Positions 47,841-58,745 of a stretch of DNA of 64,000 nucleotides are shown here, piece by piece; within the stretch, counting starts at the first letter, position 1; every line of letters starts with the position of its first letter. The DNA lies in IMG/VR virus record IMGVR_UViG_3300028800_000069, positions 1 through 64,000 of that record; one strand, 5' to 3'. The notes under the pieces were generated by a model, which ran no database searches, had not been told where the DNA came from, and saw nothing but the letters and a program-made list of their open reading frames with translations. The DNA is from a virus. Position numbers and translations under genes: made by a program.

Positions 47841-48602
47841 TTGGTTTGTCCTTACAGGGAGAGTGTGATGCATGAGCAGAGCATAGTGGGCGAGGCGATT
47901 GCTGGGCGTTCTGCACAGGTGCGTAAGCAGCTTCTACGCATGGCGTTCAGCATGAACATCTCGACTTTCGATATGATCGAACTTTTAGCAGAAGCACAGG
48001 AAAACAACTACGCTTCCCAATGGGGATTCTCCAGTCTGCTAGACTACGGTGCCGAGGAGCTAGGGCTGAAGAAACGTAAGACTCAGTACCTGACACGTAT
48101 TGGAAAAGTAACGAAGGCCGTAGGGCTGACGCGTAGTCAGTACGAACCATCTGGTGTATCGAAACTACGAGAGATATGCGACTCCTTGGACCCAGAGTCA
48201 ACGTACTGGAATCCTGACACGCACGCCAATGAGGACATGGCCGAGCACATCGTCCGGCTCATACTAGACTCAGACAAGATGACCGTGGAGCAAATCAAAG
48301 AAGAGGTTCTGCGATTGCAAGGCAGACTCGGAGCAGACCGCCCAGTCCATCGCACCACAACGTACCCACGCTCTGTGTGGGAGAACGTCATTAAGCCTGC
48401 ACGAGAACTTGCACGGCATCTGCTAGGCAGTTCCGGCAGGGATGCAGATGGTAATGCAAAAGAGTATAGTGACGGAGCGTGCGATGAGGTTATATGTGCC
48501 GCATTCCTAGCAGATTTGAACAACGCGGAAGACCCCGGAGATGTAGCTGCTTCACAAGAGACACCACAAGCACCACCAATTCTACCAATGGAGAGTATAT
48601 GA
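47841..48602 (+). CDS. Hypothetical protein
   Basis: Co-oriented helical ORF; likely start MHEQS near 47868. Confidence 0.55.
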   Translation: MVCPYRESVMHEQSIVGEAIAGRSAQVRKQLLRMAFSMNISTFDMIELLAEAQENNYASQWGFSSLLDYGAEELGLKKRKTQYLTRIGKVTKAVGLTRSQYEPSGVSKLREICDSLDPESTYWNPDTHANEDMAEHIVRLILDSDKMTVEQIKEEVLRLQGRLGADRPVHRTTTYPRSVWENVIKPARELARHLLGSSGRDADGNAKEYSDGACDEVICAAFLADLNNAEDPGDVAASQETPQAPPILPMESI

Positions 48603-49102
48603 CACTAAAGCAGCACGACAAGCACTTGCTAAGAGGACAGTATCTGGAAGAGATGACTTCAAACGGTAGTATTCTTGATGCTGCTGGACCAACTCCCGAT
48701 GGTCTGGGTACTTGGGAAGGTGGTCCTGTTGCATTAAAGGGAAGCCCTCGCTGGGTTGCTGAGAAGTCGCACAGCAGCCGCACAGGTAATGCCAAGAACA
48801 CGCCGGGGATCGACTATGCCACGAAGATCACGCACCGTCAGGACGCGGACTTCAGTGAAGTTCGTGTCATAGAGAACGGTGATGTGATGCTGTACAATGT
48901 CAAGACAGATGCGTGGGACATCAAAGGTGACACTGTGGACATTCCACACTACATCGATGAGAACGACAAAGAATGGGCATTCAACTTCGAGACAGCAGAG
49001 TGGGACGTTCCAGTTGAAGAACTCAACCAAAACGAAGAGGTAGGTGTTGTGGAAGTTGAACGCCTAGACTCAGGTGACGACATTGCTTCAGCGATTGCCT
49101 GA
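48599..49102 (+). CDS. Acidic hypothetical protein
   Basis: ATGA overlap with the upstream gene. Confidence 0.5.
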   Translation: MTLKQHDKHLLRGQYLEEMTSNGSILDAAGPTPDGLGTWEGGPVALKGSPRWVAEKSHSSRTGNAKNTPGIDYATKITHRQDADFSEVRVIENGDVMLYNVKTDAWDIKGDTVDIPHYIDENDKEWAFNFETAEWDVPVEELNQNEEVGVVEVERLDSGDDIASAIA

Positions 49103-49114
49103 TAAGGAGAACGC

Positions 49115-49642
49115 ATGAAAAGAGGCTTTGATTTACTAGGAAAACGTTTTGGTCGTTTAGTGATCACTGCCGAACTAAGTCACCCTGTGGGTGTAATGTG
49201 CCACAGGGTGTGGGTTGCAGTGTGTGATTGCGGAGAGTACACCAAAGTGTTGTCTGGAAACTTACGTGGGGGTCACATAAAAAGCTGTGGGTGCCTTGGT
49301 GCAGAGCTAAGAAAGAAACGACCATACGAAGCGATATACAACAGACTAGTTAGAGCATCTGTGCGTACGCAAGGTAAACCTCTTCTGTATGAAGATTTCC
49401 TACCATTCACAAAGGTTGTAGAGTGTCATTACTGTGGTGCAGAAGTAATGTGGACAAAACACTTCAAAACATGCAGAGGTTCGTCTAGGTACAACCTTGA
49501 CCGCAAAGACAACGCAAAAGGGTATACCAAAGAAAACTTGATAGTATGTTGCAGGTTGTGTAACTTTACCAAAGGAGACCGCTTTACCTACATGCAGTTT
49601 GTTGAGATAGGAAAAGTGATAAGGTCTTTCCGTGAGTCTTAG
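49115..49642 (+). CDS. HNH-type homing endonuclease
   Basis: KRFGRLV...CDCG...SCGC...CHYCG...LDRKDNAKGYTKENLIVCCRLCN; paralog of 154-762. Confidence 0.85.
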   Translation: MKRGFDLLGKRFGRLVITAELSHPVGVMCHRVWVAVCDCGEYTKVLSGNLRGGHIKSCGCLGAELRKKRPYEAIYNRLVRASVRTQGKPLLYEDFLPFTKVVECHYCGAEVMWTKHFKTCRGSSRYNLDRKDNAKGYTKENLIVCCRLCNFTKGDRFTYMQFVEIGKVIRSFRES

Positions 49643-49919
49643 ACTACCTATAGAAGAGTACACAGCACTTTGTAAAGCTGTTTTGCAACGAGATGGGCAT
49701 AGATGCCGTAGCTGTGGAATGCGCTCAGGGCTTCACTGCCATCATGTTGTTTTCAGAAGCCAAGGAGGAGAAGACACTATGGAAAACCTTTGCACTTTGT
49801 GCTCAAGTTGTCACTCTGGTGTCCACACAGCAGTAAAGAACGGGGAGTATGGCTTGGTGATTACCATGGACATAAACGGGTTTACGTTCAGGCGTGCAGC
49901 TTGGTGGAGACCCCAATGA
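49632..49919 (+). CDS. Small HNH endonuclease
   Basis: RDGHRCRSCG...HHVVFRSQGG...NLCTLCSSCH. Confidence 0.85.
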   Translation: MSLRLPIEEYTALCKAVLQRDGHRCRSCGMRSGLHCHHVVFRSQGGEDTMENLCTLCSSCHSGVHTAVKNGEYGLVITMDINGFTFRRAAWWRPQ

Positions 49920-49931
49920 GCTACGAGGAGA

Positions 49932-50531
49932 ATGTCAATGCGAAGGAACTATTTCCTATTCGTGCTCTTGCTTTTGCTCTGCTGCAATGCCGAAGCGAAA
50001 AGGAAGCATTACAAGTCATTAAGTATTTTGCAACCAAGCCATCAATCCCTGCTCCTTCAGAACGAGACGATCAACAAGATGGGGCTGGAGCGCATTGGAG
50101 ATGAGCGTAGACTTTCATATTTGGTAGAGACGGAAAGACTCGTAGCCCTCCCCATAACCGATGCGGTGAAAATCGCGCCAAGTCTTCCGTCTAACAGACG
50201 CTATGCGCTTCCCTTGGTCACCTCCTTCCTTGGGAAGCTAGCGTCTGAGTACTACGCAGAGTTCCACCAGCCCTTAATGGTGGACTCCGCTGTGCGACCG
50301 ATGACAGTTCAGAAGAAGCTACGCAGACGCAATGCGAGTGCCGCGCCTGTGCAAGGAGAGACAGCCAGCAGTCATATGGCAGGGTGTACAATAGACCTGT
50401 CCAGACGAATGACCAAACGTCAGACGCGGTGGATTGAATGGAGACTCGCGTACTACGTACTGCAGCAGTCAGTGCTGGTTGAGGAAGAAAGACATTGCTT
50501 TCACATCATGGTGACCAAGGAGATTGAATAA
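49932..50531 (+). CDS. Signal-peptide M15-like (DUF5715-like) zinc peptidase, candidate cell-wall hydrolase
   Basis: SAVR...Q...SSHMAGCTIDL...CFHIMV (SxH-x6-D...H); hydrophobic N-terminus. Confidence 0.65.
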   Translation: MSMRRNYFLFVLLLLLCCNAEAKRKHYKSLSILQPSHQSLLLQNETINKMGLERIGDERRLSYLVETERLVALPITDAVKIAPSLPSNRRYALPLVTSFLGKLASEYYAEFHQPLMVDSAVRPMTVQKKLRRRNASAAPVQGETASSHMAGCTIDLSRRMTKRQTRWIEWRLAYYVLQQSVLVEEERHCFHIMVTKEIE

Positions 50532-52024
50532 TGGAATTGCCCGGATTAGCAAAGGCATTGTATGGCATGACCAGAGCAGAGGCCATTACCGAAGGAATCT
50601 GCATCGACTGCAAGAAGACTGCGACGTGGTATAGCCCAGCAGGTGCCAAGGAGTACCGCATCTCTGGACTATGCGAACCATGCTTTGACAAAATCACAGG
50701 AGGACCGGACGAAGTGGACAGGAGAGGTAGTGACACTACAGGAACCATACGAGGAGACCACGCTCTGTTTGCAGAAGCGTACCTTAGACAAACAGGCATG
50801 GATGACCAGTGGCAGGTAGTCGTAGCAGACGATAAGACGCTGATGCTGGACTATGACAACAGGCCCTACGATGGTACTCTACCAGAGCAGTTCTACAGCA
50901 CACTGGGAATCTTTGACCAAGTAGTAGGCAGTGATAATTACTTTACACACACTGCTTCCAAAGGCGGCAACACACACGTTGTGATTAATATGAGCGTTGC
51001 TCTGACAATCGCTGAGCGTATCGCGTGGCAAGCTGCATTTGGTTCAGACCCCAAGCGAGAAGCTTTGCACTTGCTAAGCGTATCACGTGACGAACTGAAC
51101 CCTATCCTGCTATACATGCGCAAGCCTGAGCCACAGAAACTGCTAGGAGACGGCAATGCCGATAGACAACCTGACCAAAGTTAACGCCTACGGACAGCCT
51201 ATCAATGTGTCTATAGTCGTACGCGCTCTGATAGGAGCCATGAGGGACCACGAGGTTCCTGCGTACGCACGCATGCACGAGGCTCAGCGAGTGTCGTGGC
51301 ACATGTGCGCAGTTATGTGCAACACAGTAGAGTTCAATCCTGATGAACTGCCAAACTACCCGTTCATCAAAGAGACCGTAGGTGGAGTGCCGCTGGTAGT
51401 AGACAACAAACTATGGCCGAGCACCATCGTGTTCCACAATGCAGAGGGCAAAGCAGTGGCTCGTATTCAGGGCTTAGCAGTGCCTGTAGGTTTTGATGAC
51501 TACCCAGCAATATGGAACAGCAAAGACCAAGCAGAGTACGAGAAACGCATCATAGACGAGGGATGGAAATTCGAGTAACCCAAAGGAGACCTATGATTTC
51601 TAACACGAAGTCCACAAGCATTGAATCTTACGCCATAACCAAGACTACCAATCTAGATAAAGACCTGCTGCTAATAGAAACAGCAGCAGAGAAGGTACCT
51701 ACGTTCACTGTGGACGAGCTAAGGCAGGACATACTGGACGCTAACCCGTCTCTAAAAGGTAAAGATGAGATCGGAGCACGTGTTAAAGATGCACAGCGCA
51801 TCCACGGTTCTGTACAGAAGACAGGGATCAAACGAGAGAGTAAATGCAGCGGAAGAAAAGCATTTGAGTGGTCCTTTGTGCTGCCAATAGGGCGCACAGA
51901 TGCACGCCGCGCGTATTGGGAAGAACGTGCGGCAGGGTTGGAAGCTGATTATCAACAGGCGCGGAGAAAGTTGTACCGCGACGCAGCTAAAGCTGGATTC
52001 CCAATAGTAACGTTAGAAACCTAA
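50531..52024 (+). CDS. Three hypothetical genes (50531-51184, 51156-51578, ~51593-52024)
   Basis: Co-oriented and overlapping or RBS-preceded; 50531 has CIDC...CEPC. Confidence 0.5.
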
Positions 52025-52034
52025 GGAGAACACT

Positions 52035-53882
52035 GTGCTAGAGCTACGACCAAGACAAATCGAATGCCTTGACTCTATTCGCAACGAGTACTTGGCTGGA
52101 ACCTACCAGCAACTCGTCGTAGCCGCTACAGGTATCGGTAAGGCGGTGATCCTTGCGAACATCAGACGCTACATGCTGGACCTTCTCCCCGGCAAGATGC
52201 TGGTGTTCGCACACCGCGACGAACTGGTAAAGCAACTGATTGAAACACTGCGTGAGTGGAACCCCGATTGGAAGATCGGCAAGGAGATGGCAAATGAATA
52301 CGCTGATGTTGATTGTGACATCGTGGTTAGTTGCAATGCTAGTATTGGTCGTGACGGGGCTGCTCGTCTCGGTAGGTTTGGTGGTTTTGATTGCGTCGTT
52401 TGTGATGAAGCGCATCACTCTATTGCGTCAACGTATCTTAACGTATTCGAGCAAACGGGGGTATTAAAACCTGACTCTACGCGCCTGCTGGTCGGATTCA
52501 CAGCAACGCCCAAGCGCAAGAACCTGACGCGCAACCAGAAGAAGCAGTTGACCGTTCTGGACGACGAAGAGCTTCTGTCTCTGAAGTCGGTGTACAAGAA
52601 GATAGTATTCAACTACCCAATCCGCAAGGCAATCAAAGAGGGCTGGCTAGTTCCTCTACATGGTTTTCGGTTGAAGACTAAAGTAGACCTGAGCAACATC
52701 AAGACCACTGCTGGGGATTACCAGCAGGATGAGCTAGAGACCACGGTTAACACTCCTGAGCGCAACTACGCGGTAGTCAATGCGTGGCGCAAGGACTGCG
52801 AGAATCGCCAAACGGTGGTGTTCTGCGTGCAGATTCAGCACGCTAAGGACATGGCCGAGGCGTTCCGCGCCATGGGAGTAAATGCGCAGGCGATATGGGG
52901 AGTTGACCCGGAGCGTGCAACGAAGTTAGCCAAGCATAAAGCAAAAGAGATTACTGTGCTATGCAATGCACAACTGTTGACGGAGGGTTATGATGACTGG
53001 CGAGTCTCATGCATTGTCGATGCAGCACCAACTAAAAGCCCTAGCAAATACACTCAGTGCATCGGTCGAGGTACACGCCTTCAGGCAAGCACAGGAAACC
53101 TTCTTGAAGCAATTCAACGAGGGCTTAGGTTGGAAAAGCAAGATTGCATTATCGTGGATGTTGTCGATAACAACCGCCGCTGCTCCCTCGTCACCTTGCC
53201 TAGTCTTCTCGGACTCAACCCTGAGATGGACCTGCAGGGTAAGTCTGTCACAGCGGTTGCTGATAAGATGGAAGAGTTGCAAGAGAAGTATCCAACGATT
53301 GATCTTTCGCAACTGACGGACATCACCAAGGTAGATGCCTACATCGAGAGCCTTGATTTGTTCGCTGCACCGTACACGGAAGAAGTAGAGAAGTTCTCTA
53401 AGCTTACGTGGATGGGATGTAGCGATGGGTCATACGTACTTCAGATTCCTGAAAGCAAAACTCTGAAGGATGCCAAAGCGTTCTCTAGATTCAAACACGA
53501 GAGGCTTAACATTACTGCAAACGATCTGGATGAGTACGTATTGTCCATTTCCTCCACCAGCGTTGAGGACAAGCAGCTAGGCATATACAACACACTTCAA
53601 GAGGCGTTTACATCAGCCGATGAAGTCATGCAAAGGTGCCGTCCAGACCGTATGAAACTGGTGACGCGAGAGGCAGAGTGGCATACATACCCTGCCACGG
53701 ACCCTGCAAAGAAATTGCTAAGGTCACTAAGCAAGAATACACCTGTGTTATACTGTCTGTGTCCTAACCCAACTCATAAGACGCTCCCAGCGATGTGTCC
53801 TGTATGCAGACTTCAGACAGGCATAACCGCTGGCCAAGCAAGCGTAGCGATCAACCTTCTTCAAGCGAGGAGAAAACGATGA
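52035..53882 (+). CDS. Superfamily 2 DEAD/DEAH-box helicase
   Basis: LRPRQ, ATGIGKA, DEAHH, TATP, LTEGYD, QCIGRGTR. Confidence 0.92.
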   Translation: MLELRPRQIECLDSIRNEYLAGTYQQLVVAATGIGKAVILANIRRYMLDLLPGKMLVFAHRDELVKQLIETLREWNPDWKIGKEMANEYADVDCDIVVSCNASIGRDGAARLGRFGGFDCVVCDEAHHSIASTYLNVFEQTGVLKPDSTRLLVGFTATPKRKNLTRNQKKQLTVLDDEELLSLKSVYKKIVFNYPIRKAIKEGWLVPLHGFRLKTKVDLSNIKTTAGDYQQDELETTVNTPERNYAVVNAWRKDCENRQTVVFCVQIQHAKDMAEAFRAMGVNAQAIWGVDPERATKLAKHKAKEITVLCNAQLLTEGYDDWRVSCIVDAAPTKSPSKYTQCIGRGTRLQASTGNLLEAIQRGLRLEKQDCIIVDVVDNNRRCSLVTLPSLLGLNPEMDLQGKSVTAVADKMEELQEKYPTIDLSQLTDITKVDAYIESLDLFAAPYTEEVEKFSKLTWMGCSDGSYVLQIPESKTLKDAKAFSRFKHERLNITANDLDEYVLSISSTSVEDKQLGIYNTLQEAFTSADEVMQRCRPDRMKLVTREAEWHTYPATDPAKKLLRSLSKNTPVLYCLCPNPTHKTLPAMCPVCRLQTGITAGQASVAINLLQARRKR

Positions 53883-54274
53883 AACCGTTTAGCAAGATGG
53901 AAGCAATTGGATTGAAGAAGCCCGTGGTAACACGCGGCGGTAAGCCTGTGGCTATCATTGGAGAAGCGCAAGCAGACATAGACCAGCCTATCATCGGCCT
54001 TATACAGGACAGCGATGAAGTAGATACATGGTCCTCTGATGGTAAGTACTTCACCCACCATAATGCCGGAGATTCTGTGAATGACCTGCGCATGGCTTCT
54101 GAAAAGAAAGAAGGCTGGGTGGCATTTGGAGCAGTGGCTAAGTACAGTGGCAGACATGGCCTTGTAGGATTCAGTACTCATTTATTTAACACAAAACTAG
54201 AAGCTGAGTCTTCCTTCACCTCCGCAAATGGCATAGCACCTGCAGGTACGCAGAAGATCAGTTGGGAGGAGTAA
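53879..54274 (+). CDS. Conserved phage hypothetical protein
   Basis: PVVTRGGKPV...W..DGKY...DL motif. Confidence 0.55.
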   Translation: MKPFSKMEAIGLKKPVVTRGGKPVAIIGEAQADIDQPIIGLIQDSDEVDTWSSDGKYFTHHNAGDSVNDLRMASEKKEGWVAFGAVAKYSGRHGLVGFSTHLFNTKLEAESSFTSANGIAPAGTQKISWEE

Positions 54275-54592
54275 TGGCAATTCCACAGATTAACGAAGCG
54301 CAACTGACTAGGCTGAAAGCATACGCCAGCGGCCTAGGAGCATTCTCTCAGGTTGTCCCGGTCGAAGAGAAGGATGGCAAGGAGAACTATGAAACGTACA
54401 TGGAGACCGTCAGGGACACTGATCAATTAGTGATCCTAGGACTGGTCAAGGACATCACCGAGCAGTGCAGCGTGAAGGTCGGACAACTCTTCACTATGAC
54501 AGGGCGGTGGTTCAGAATCTACGAAATCACCGAGGTAGGCAAAGCGTTGTTCCAAGGACCAGACAGAACGGTACAATAAAAGGAGAGCACCA

Positions 54593-54790
54593 ATGGCTCT
54601 AGAAAGAGTAAATTGCCCTACGTGCCAAGGTTCAGGCAACAAGAGAAAAAGACCAGCACAGCCACGACGCAAAGTGAAATGTAACTATGGCCACATACAC
54701 ATTGCGCCTGCTCGCAAAGCCTATGTTTCAGTATGCAGAACGTGCGGCGGTGATGGCTGGGTACTGGAGCACAACTTTGGGAGACAATAA
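54593..54790 (+). CDS. DnaJ-type zinc-finger small protein
   Basis: CPTCQGSG...CRTCGGDG. Confidence 0.6.
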   Translation: MALERVNCPTCQGSGNKRKRPAQPRRKVKCNYGHIHIAPARKAYVSVCRTCGGDGWVLEHNFGRQ

Positions 54791-56872
54791 ATGAGCAAGG
54801 CAATACCGTTAGAACTGAGCAAGAGCGCTGCAATGGCGTTTATCATCTCACAGGGATGGAACCACGGGGACTTAACCGGGGGTCAAATCCCTGTAGAGAT
54901 ATGCCCCTTCTGTAAAAAGGGCGAGTTCAAATTCTACGTTGCATGCTGTGATCCCGAAGAGTCTACACGCGATGGCCTTTTCTTTTGTCACCACGGCTCC
55001 TGTCAGAAGACCGGAAACCTACGTACTCTCCAAGAGCATCTGGGTGTTAGAATTGCAGGCGTGGACTCTCGCAGGGAGTGGGCTGGGCACGGCTCAAAGG
55101 ACGAGCCAGAGAAGTTGCCCGATGCGGACATGTGTCACGCAAATCTTCTTAGTGACGCTGATGCCATGGACTATCTTCTGAACGTCCGTGGGTTCTCCAA
55201 GGAGATTATTGAAAAGCAGAAACTGGGGTTAGTAGCACAGCGATTCTTCCGAGAGGCTGGTAACGTCAAAGCCTTGGTCACTCCTTATCTAGTGAACGGA
55301 AACGTAGTGTACGCAAAGTTCCGTACCCTCCCACCCTCCCCCAAGGACTTCACATCCACTACAGGATGGGATGCTCCGTTGTACAACGGCGAGGTGCTGA
55401 ACGAAGACATTCACGACGTAGTGTTCGTTGAAGGAGAGTTCAATACCATCACACTGCTGAGTTATGGAGTGCACAACGTAGTAGGTGTGCCGGGAGCCAA
55501 CGTAAAGAAGGCAGCGTGGATCGAAACTCTGGACAAACTAGGGGACGGCCTGAAGAAGTACATCATGTATGATGATGACAAAGTAGGACGCAAGTCATCT
55601 CAGGAGATCGCGTCACGCATAGGCATTGAGAAATGCTGGAAGATGACTCTGCCATACTTCGAGGTAACTGTTCCTCTTGATGAGTGCAAGCTGTGCAACG
55701 ACGAAGGTTACACAATCAAGGACGGCACCGACAAGCATGTTGTCTGCTTACACAAACGTCAAGGCAAAGACATCAACGAGTGGTTTCAGAAAGGTGGCGG
55801 CACACTAGAAGGTTTTGAGATAATGAAGAAGCATGCCGTGCTCTTCGATGTAACAGGTGTGACGCCTACCAAGGACGCCTTGCAGCAACTGATGGATGAG
55901 CTAGACGGCAAGACAGACTTGGCCCCTACGTACATCACTCCGTGGAAGGACTTAAACAAACTCGTTGGGTTCGAAGACGGAGACGTTATTGACTTTGTGG
56001 CTCCTGAGAAGATTGGCAAGACAACACTAGGACTTAATCTTCTGGATCACATGGTTGAGGCGTACGGAGAAGACGGCCTAGTAGTGTGCTTGGAGATGAC
56101 ACAGGCGCGTCTAGCACGCAAGTGGGTGGCAAAGGTTACAAGTTTTGAGGATACCATCACAGAGCCGGGAACACCTGAGTCGAAAGCTAAGTTGATTGAG
56201 TTGAAAGCCGCTTGCATAAAGGCAAAGGAAATTCAACAGAAGAGAAGTGCTGATTTGTACTTCGCGTACCCCATGCAATGGCAGGAAGACCCAGATTCAA
56301 TCTTCAAACTAATCAAGGACTGTATCAGGCGCTATGGTGTGAAGTGGGTGATGTTCGACAACCTGCACAAGTTCTGCGATGAGTCTCTAAAGCATCAGGG
56401 GCACCGCACGATCTACTTGTCTCAACTAAGCAAAAGATTTGCCTCCATCGCAAAGGACTATAAAATCAAGATGGTACGCATCCTGCAGCCTAAGAGGATT
56501 GAGAAAGGTGCAACGATCAGTACGAACGACGTGGACGGCAGCAGCCAAGTGGCTAAGGACTGTGATTGTATGATCACAGGCTGGCGTAGGGCTATTGGAG
56601 AGCAGACCAAGAGTGCATACGAAGATGCATCTGAGGATTTCTCTTCTACCAACGTGTCATTCGAACCTAAGATGCGCCTCACTGTAGGGTTATCGCGTTA
56701 CTCAAGTGGAGGCTCCTGCTACGTATACTACGACGGAGCTAGGTCACAAGTGCGAGACTACACCGAAGAGATGAAGGGTAAGATTAACGCTAACCTTCAA
56801 AACTTCAACGCAGTAATTCCCATGGAGAACGGACCATCAGTCCCAGTAGCCACAGCAAACATTCCAATCTAA
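54791..56872 (+). CDS. Bifunctional primase-helicase (T7 gp4/Twinkle-like)
   Basis: Zinc finger CPFC...CHHGSC; TOPRIM VEGE...YDDD...KDINE; DnaB-like APEKIGKT, LEM, FDNLH. Confidence 0.9.
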   Translation: MSKAIPLELSKSAAMAFIISQGWNHGDLTGGQIPVEICPFCKKGEFKFYVACCDPEESTRDGLFFCHHGSCQKTGNLRTLQEHLGVRIAGVDSRREWAGHGSKDEPEKLPDADMCHANLLSDADAMDYLLNVRGFSKEIIEKQKLGLVAQRFFREAGNVKALVTPYLVNGNVVYAKFRTLPPSPKDFTSTTGWDAPLYNGEVLNEDIHDVVFVEGEFNTITLLSYGVHNVVGVPGANVKKAAWIETLDKLGDGLKKYIMYDDDKVGRKSSQEIASRIGIEKCWKMTLPYFEVTVPLDECKLCNDEGYTIKDGTDKHVVCLHKRQGKDINEWFQKGGGTLEGFEIMKKHAVLFDVTGVTPTKDALQQLMDELDGKTDLAPTYITPWKDLNKLVGFEDGDVIDFVAPEKIGKTTLGLNLLDHMVEAYGEDGLVVCLEMTQARLARKWVAKVTSFEDTITEPGTPESKAKLIELKAACIKAKEIQQKRSADLYFAYPMQWQEDPDSIFKLIKDCIRRYGVKWVMFDNLHKFCDESLKHQGHRTIYLSQLSKRFASIAKDYKIKMVRILQPKRIEKGATISTNDVDGSSQVAKDCDCMITGWRRAIGEQTKSAYEDASEDFSSTNVSFEPKMRLTVGLSRYSSGGSCYVYYDGARSQVRDYTEEMKGKINANLQNFNAVIPMENGPSVPVATANIPI

Positions 56873-57118
56873 AGGAGACCCATGAACAAAGTGTTTGACC
56901 AATACGTCACACATCTACAGAGGCTCTATAAAAAGAAGCCAAGCGAGTCTGTTAACAAAGGCATAGCCTACTACACAGCAGCCGCTGAGACGTTAGAGGC
57001 GCTGATCAATGCTCCTACCCCGGCGTGGGTTGGGCTGAAGTTCGAACATCCCCTACGCACACGCTAAGAATTGCCCCGGTGAAATTCCGGGGCACCATTT
57101 CTATTTCTGGAGACAAAC

Positions 57119-57391
57119 ATGATTCAGCAAAACAGTGTATTTATTGATCCTGAAAACTGTGGGTCCAGCGTTGGATACTACATATCCATAAGTGAATACA
57201 AACCCAAGGACAAGTCCCCGGAATACTCTCTGTCATCCACTGTGGTGATGGCAGACTGCTCGCACAAGATTGACTGGAATTTCAGCGCTGGGGACATCGA
57301 CAAGATTGACGCAGCAATTCACATGCTTCAGGAGTTTCGCAAGAAGTTCTTAGAGACCGAAAAGCTGATAGCAAAACTAAACAAGAAGTGA
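57119..57391 (+). CDS. Hypothetical phage protein
   Basis: 90 aa with a GGAG RBS. Confidence 0.5.
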   Translation: MIQQNSVFIDPENCGSSVGYYISISEYKPKDKSPEYSLSSTVVMADCSHKIDWNFSAGDIDKIDAAIHMLQEFRKKFLETEKLIAKLNKK

Positions 57392-57397
57392 GGACTT

Positions 57398-58543
57398 ATG
57401 AGCAACAGCACGCATCGAGTTAATGTAGTTCGCATCGAAGAGATTCTGCCTCACCCAAACGCCGACACGCTGGGCATTGTGTACATCGGAGGCTACCAGT
57501 GTGTGGTGAAGAAGGACGCGTACAAGGTTGGAGATTTGGCGATCTACGTTCAACCTGATACAATCGTTCCTGCCGTCAAGCAGTTTGCTTTTCTGTGGGA
57601 CGACCGAGAGTTCCCCGGTGGAGTCCCTGAGCGTAAGCGTAGGGTCACCGTACGGAAGTTCCGCAAGGAATGGAGCGAGGGACTGTTAATGCCCATCCTA
57701 GAGTTCTTGGACCCGTACAACCCAAAGATTCACCCGTTGGATTGGGCTGAGGGCGACGACGTGGCGGAACTGCTGGGCTTCACGCACTACGAAGAGCCAG
57801 AGCCTGCGCAGAACACGCAGCAGCACGGTAAGCAATACAAGGGCTGGCCGAAGTCGCTACGAGGGTGGTTCTACTTCATCCTTGCCAAACTGTACATCTA
57901 CCGCCCTGCGGTTTATGGAGCGGACTGCACCAAAGCACCTAAGCAGTTCGCCCCTATTTATGATGTGGAAGGGTTCAAAAATTACCCACGCACATTCGCA
58001 GAGGGAGAGGAAGTTGTAGTCACGGAGAAAATCCATGGCAGCAACGCGCGGTACATGTTCGACGGCGAGAAGATGCACGTGGGTTCCAAGAACCTGTGGA
58101 AGTCCGAGAAGTCAACGTGCATCTGGCGCAGGGCGTTGAGGGAGTTGCCTTGGATTGAAGAGATGTGCAGAGCATACCCTAACATCACCTTCTACGGAGA
58201 AGTTACCCCTACACAGAAGGGCTATGCATACGGTTGTGCAGAAAGAGAAGTAAGACTCTTTATATTCGATATGCTTCTTCCTGACGGTAGGTGGGAGGAC
58301 AAGCAATGGTTCACTAGATGGACTACAGAGCCAAGCCGAGTGGTACCTGTGCTGTACTCAGGTCCGTATGACGAAGCAAAGATCAAGGCGCTGGTAGAAG
58401 GGCCGTCTGCTGTGCCGGGAGCTAAGCACATCCGAGAGGGCATTGTAATTAGCTCAGCAGTAGAACGCACAGTGCGCGGCCTAGGTCGAGCGCAGCTTAA
58501 ACTGAAGTCCATGAAATTTCTTGAAAAGGATGGTAAAGAATAA
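57398..58543 (+). CDS. ATP-dependent RNA ligase, DRB0094 family
   Basis: N-terminal HPNADTL OB module; motif I TEKIHGSN; YGE, FD, REGIV, KLKS. Confidence 0.88.
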   Translation: MSNSTHRVNVVRIEEILPHPNADTLGIVYIGGYQCVVKKDAYKVGDLAIYVQPDTIVPAVKQFAFLWDDREFPGGVPERKRRVTVRKFRKEWSEGLLMPILEFLDPYNPKIHPLDWAEGDDVAELLGFTHYEEPEPAQNTQQHGKQYKGWPKSLRGWFYFILAKLYIYRPAVYGADCTKAPKQFAPIYDVEGFKNYPRTFAEGEEVVVTEKIHGSNARYMFDGEKMHVGSKNLWKSEKSTCIWRRALRELPWIEEMCRAYPNITFYGEVTPTQKGYAYGCAEREVRLFIFDMLLPDGRWEDKQWFTRWTTEPSRVVPVLYSGPYDEAKIKALVEGPSAVPGAKHIREGIVISSAVERTVRGLGRAQLKLKSMKFLEKDGKE

Positions 58544-58745
58544 TGGCAAACCAATCAGTACGTCTCTGGTCCGTAAAGTACGAAGCCCGTGGGACGCGCA
58601 CGGTAAATCAATACCAATGCTTGTGGATACTAGGGGACGACTCTGAAGTAGTATCACGAAAAGCCAAACGGTTCCTAAAGAAAGATGGAGGAATTAACAT
58701 TCGCATAACAACCGTGGAACAGCACGGCACAGTGGATGTGTTCTA

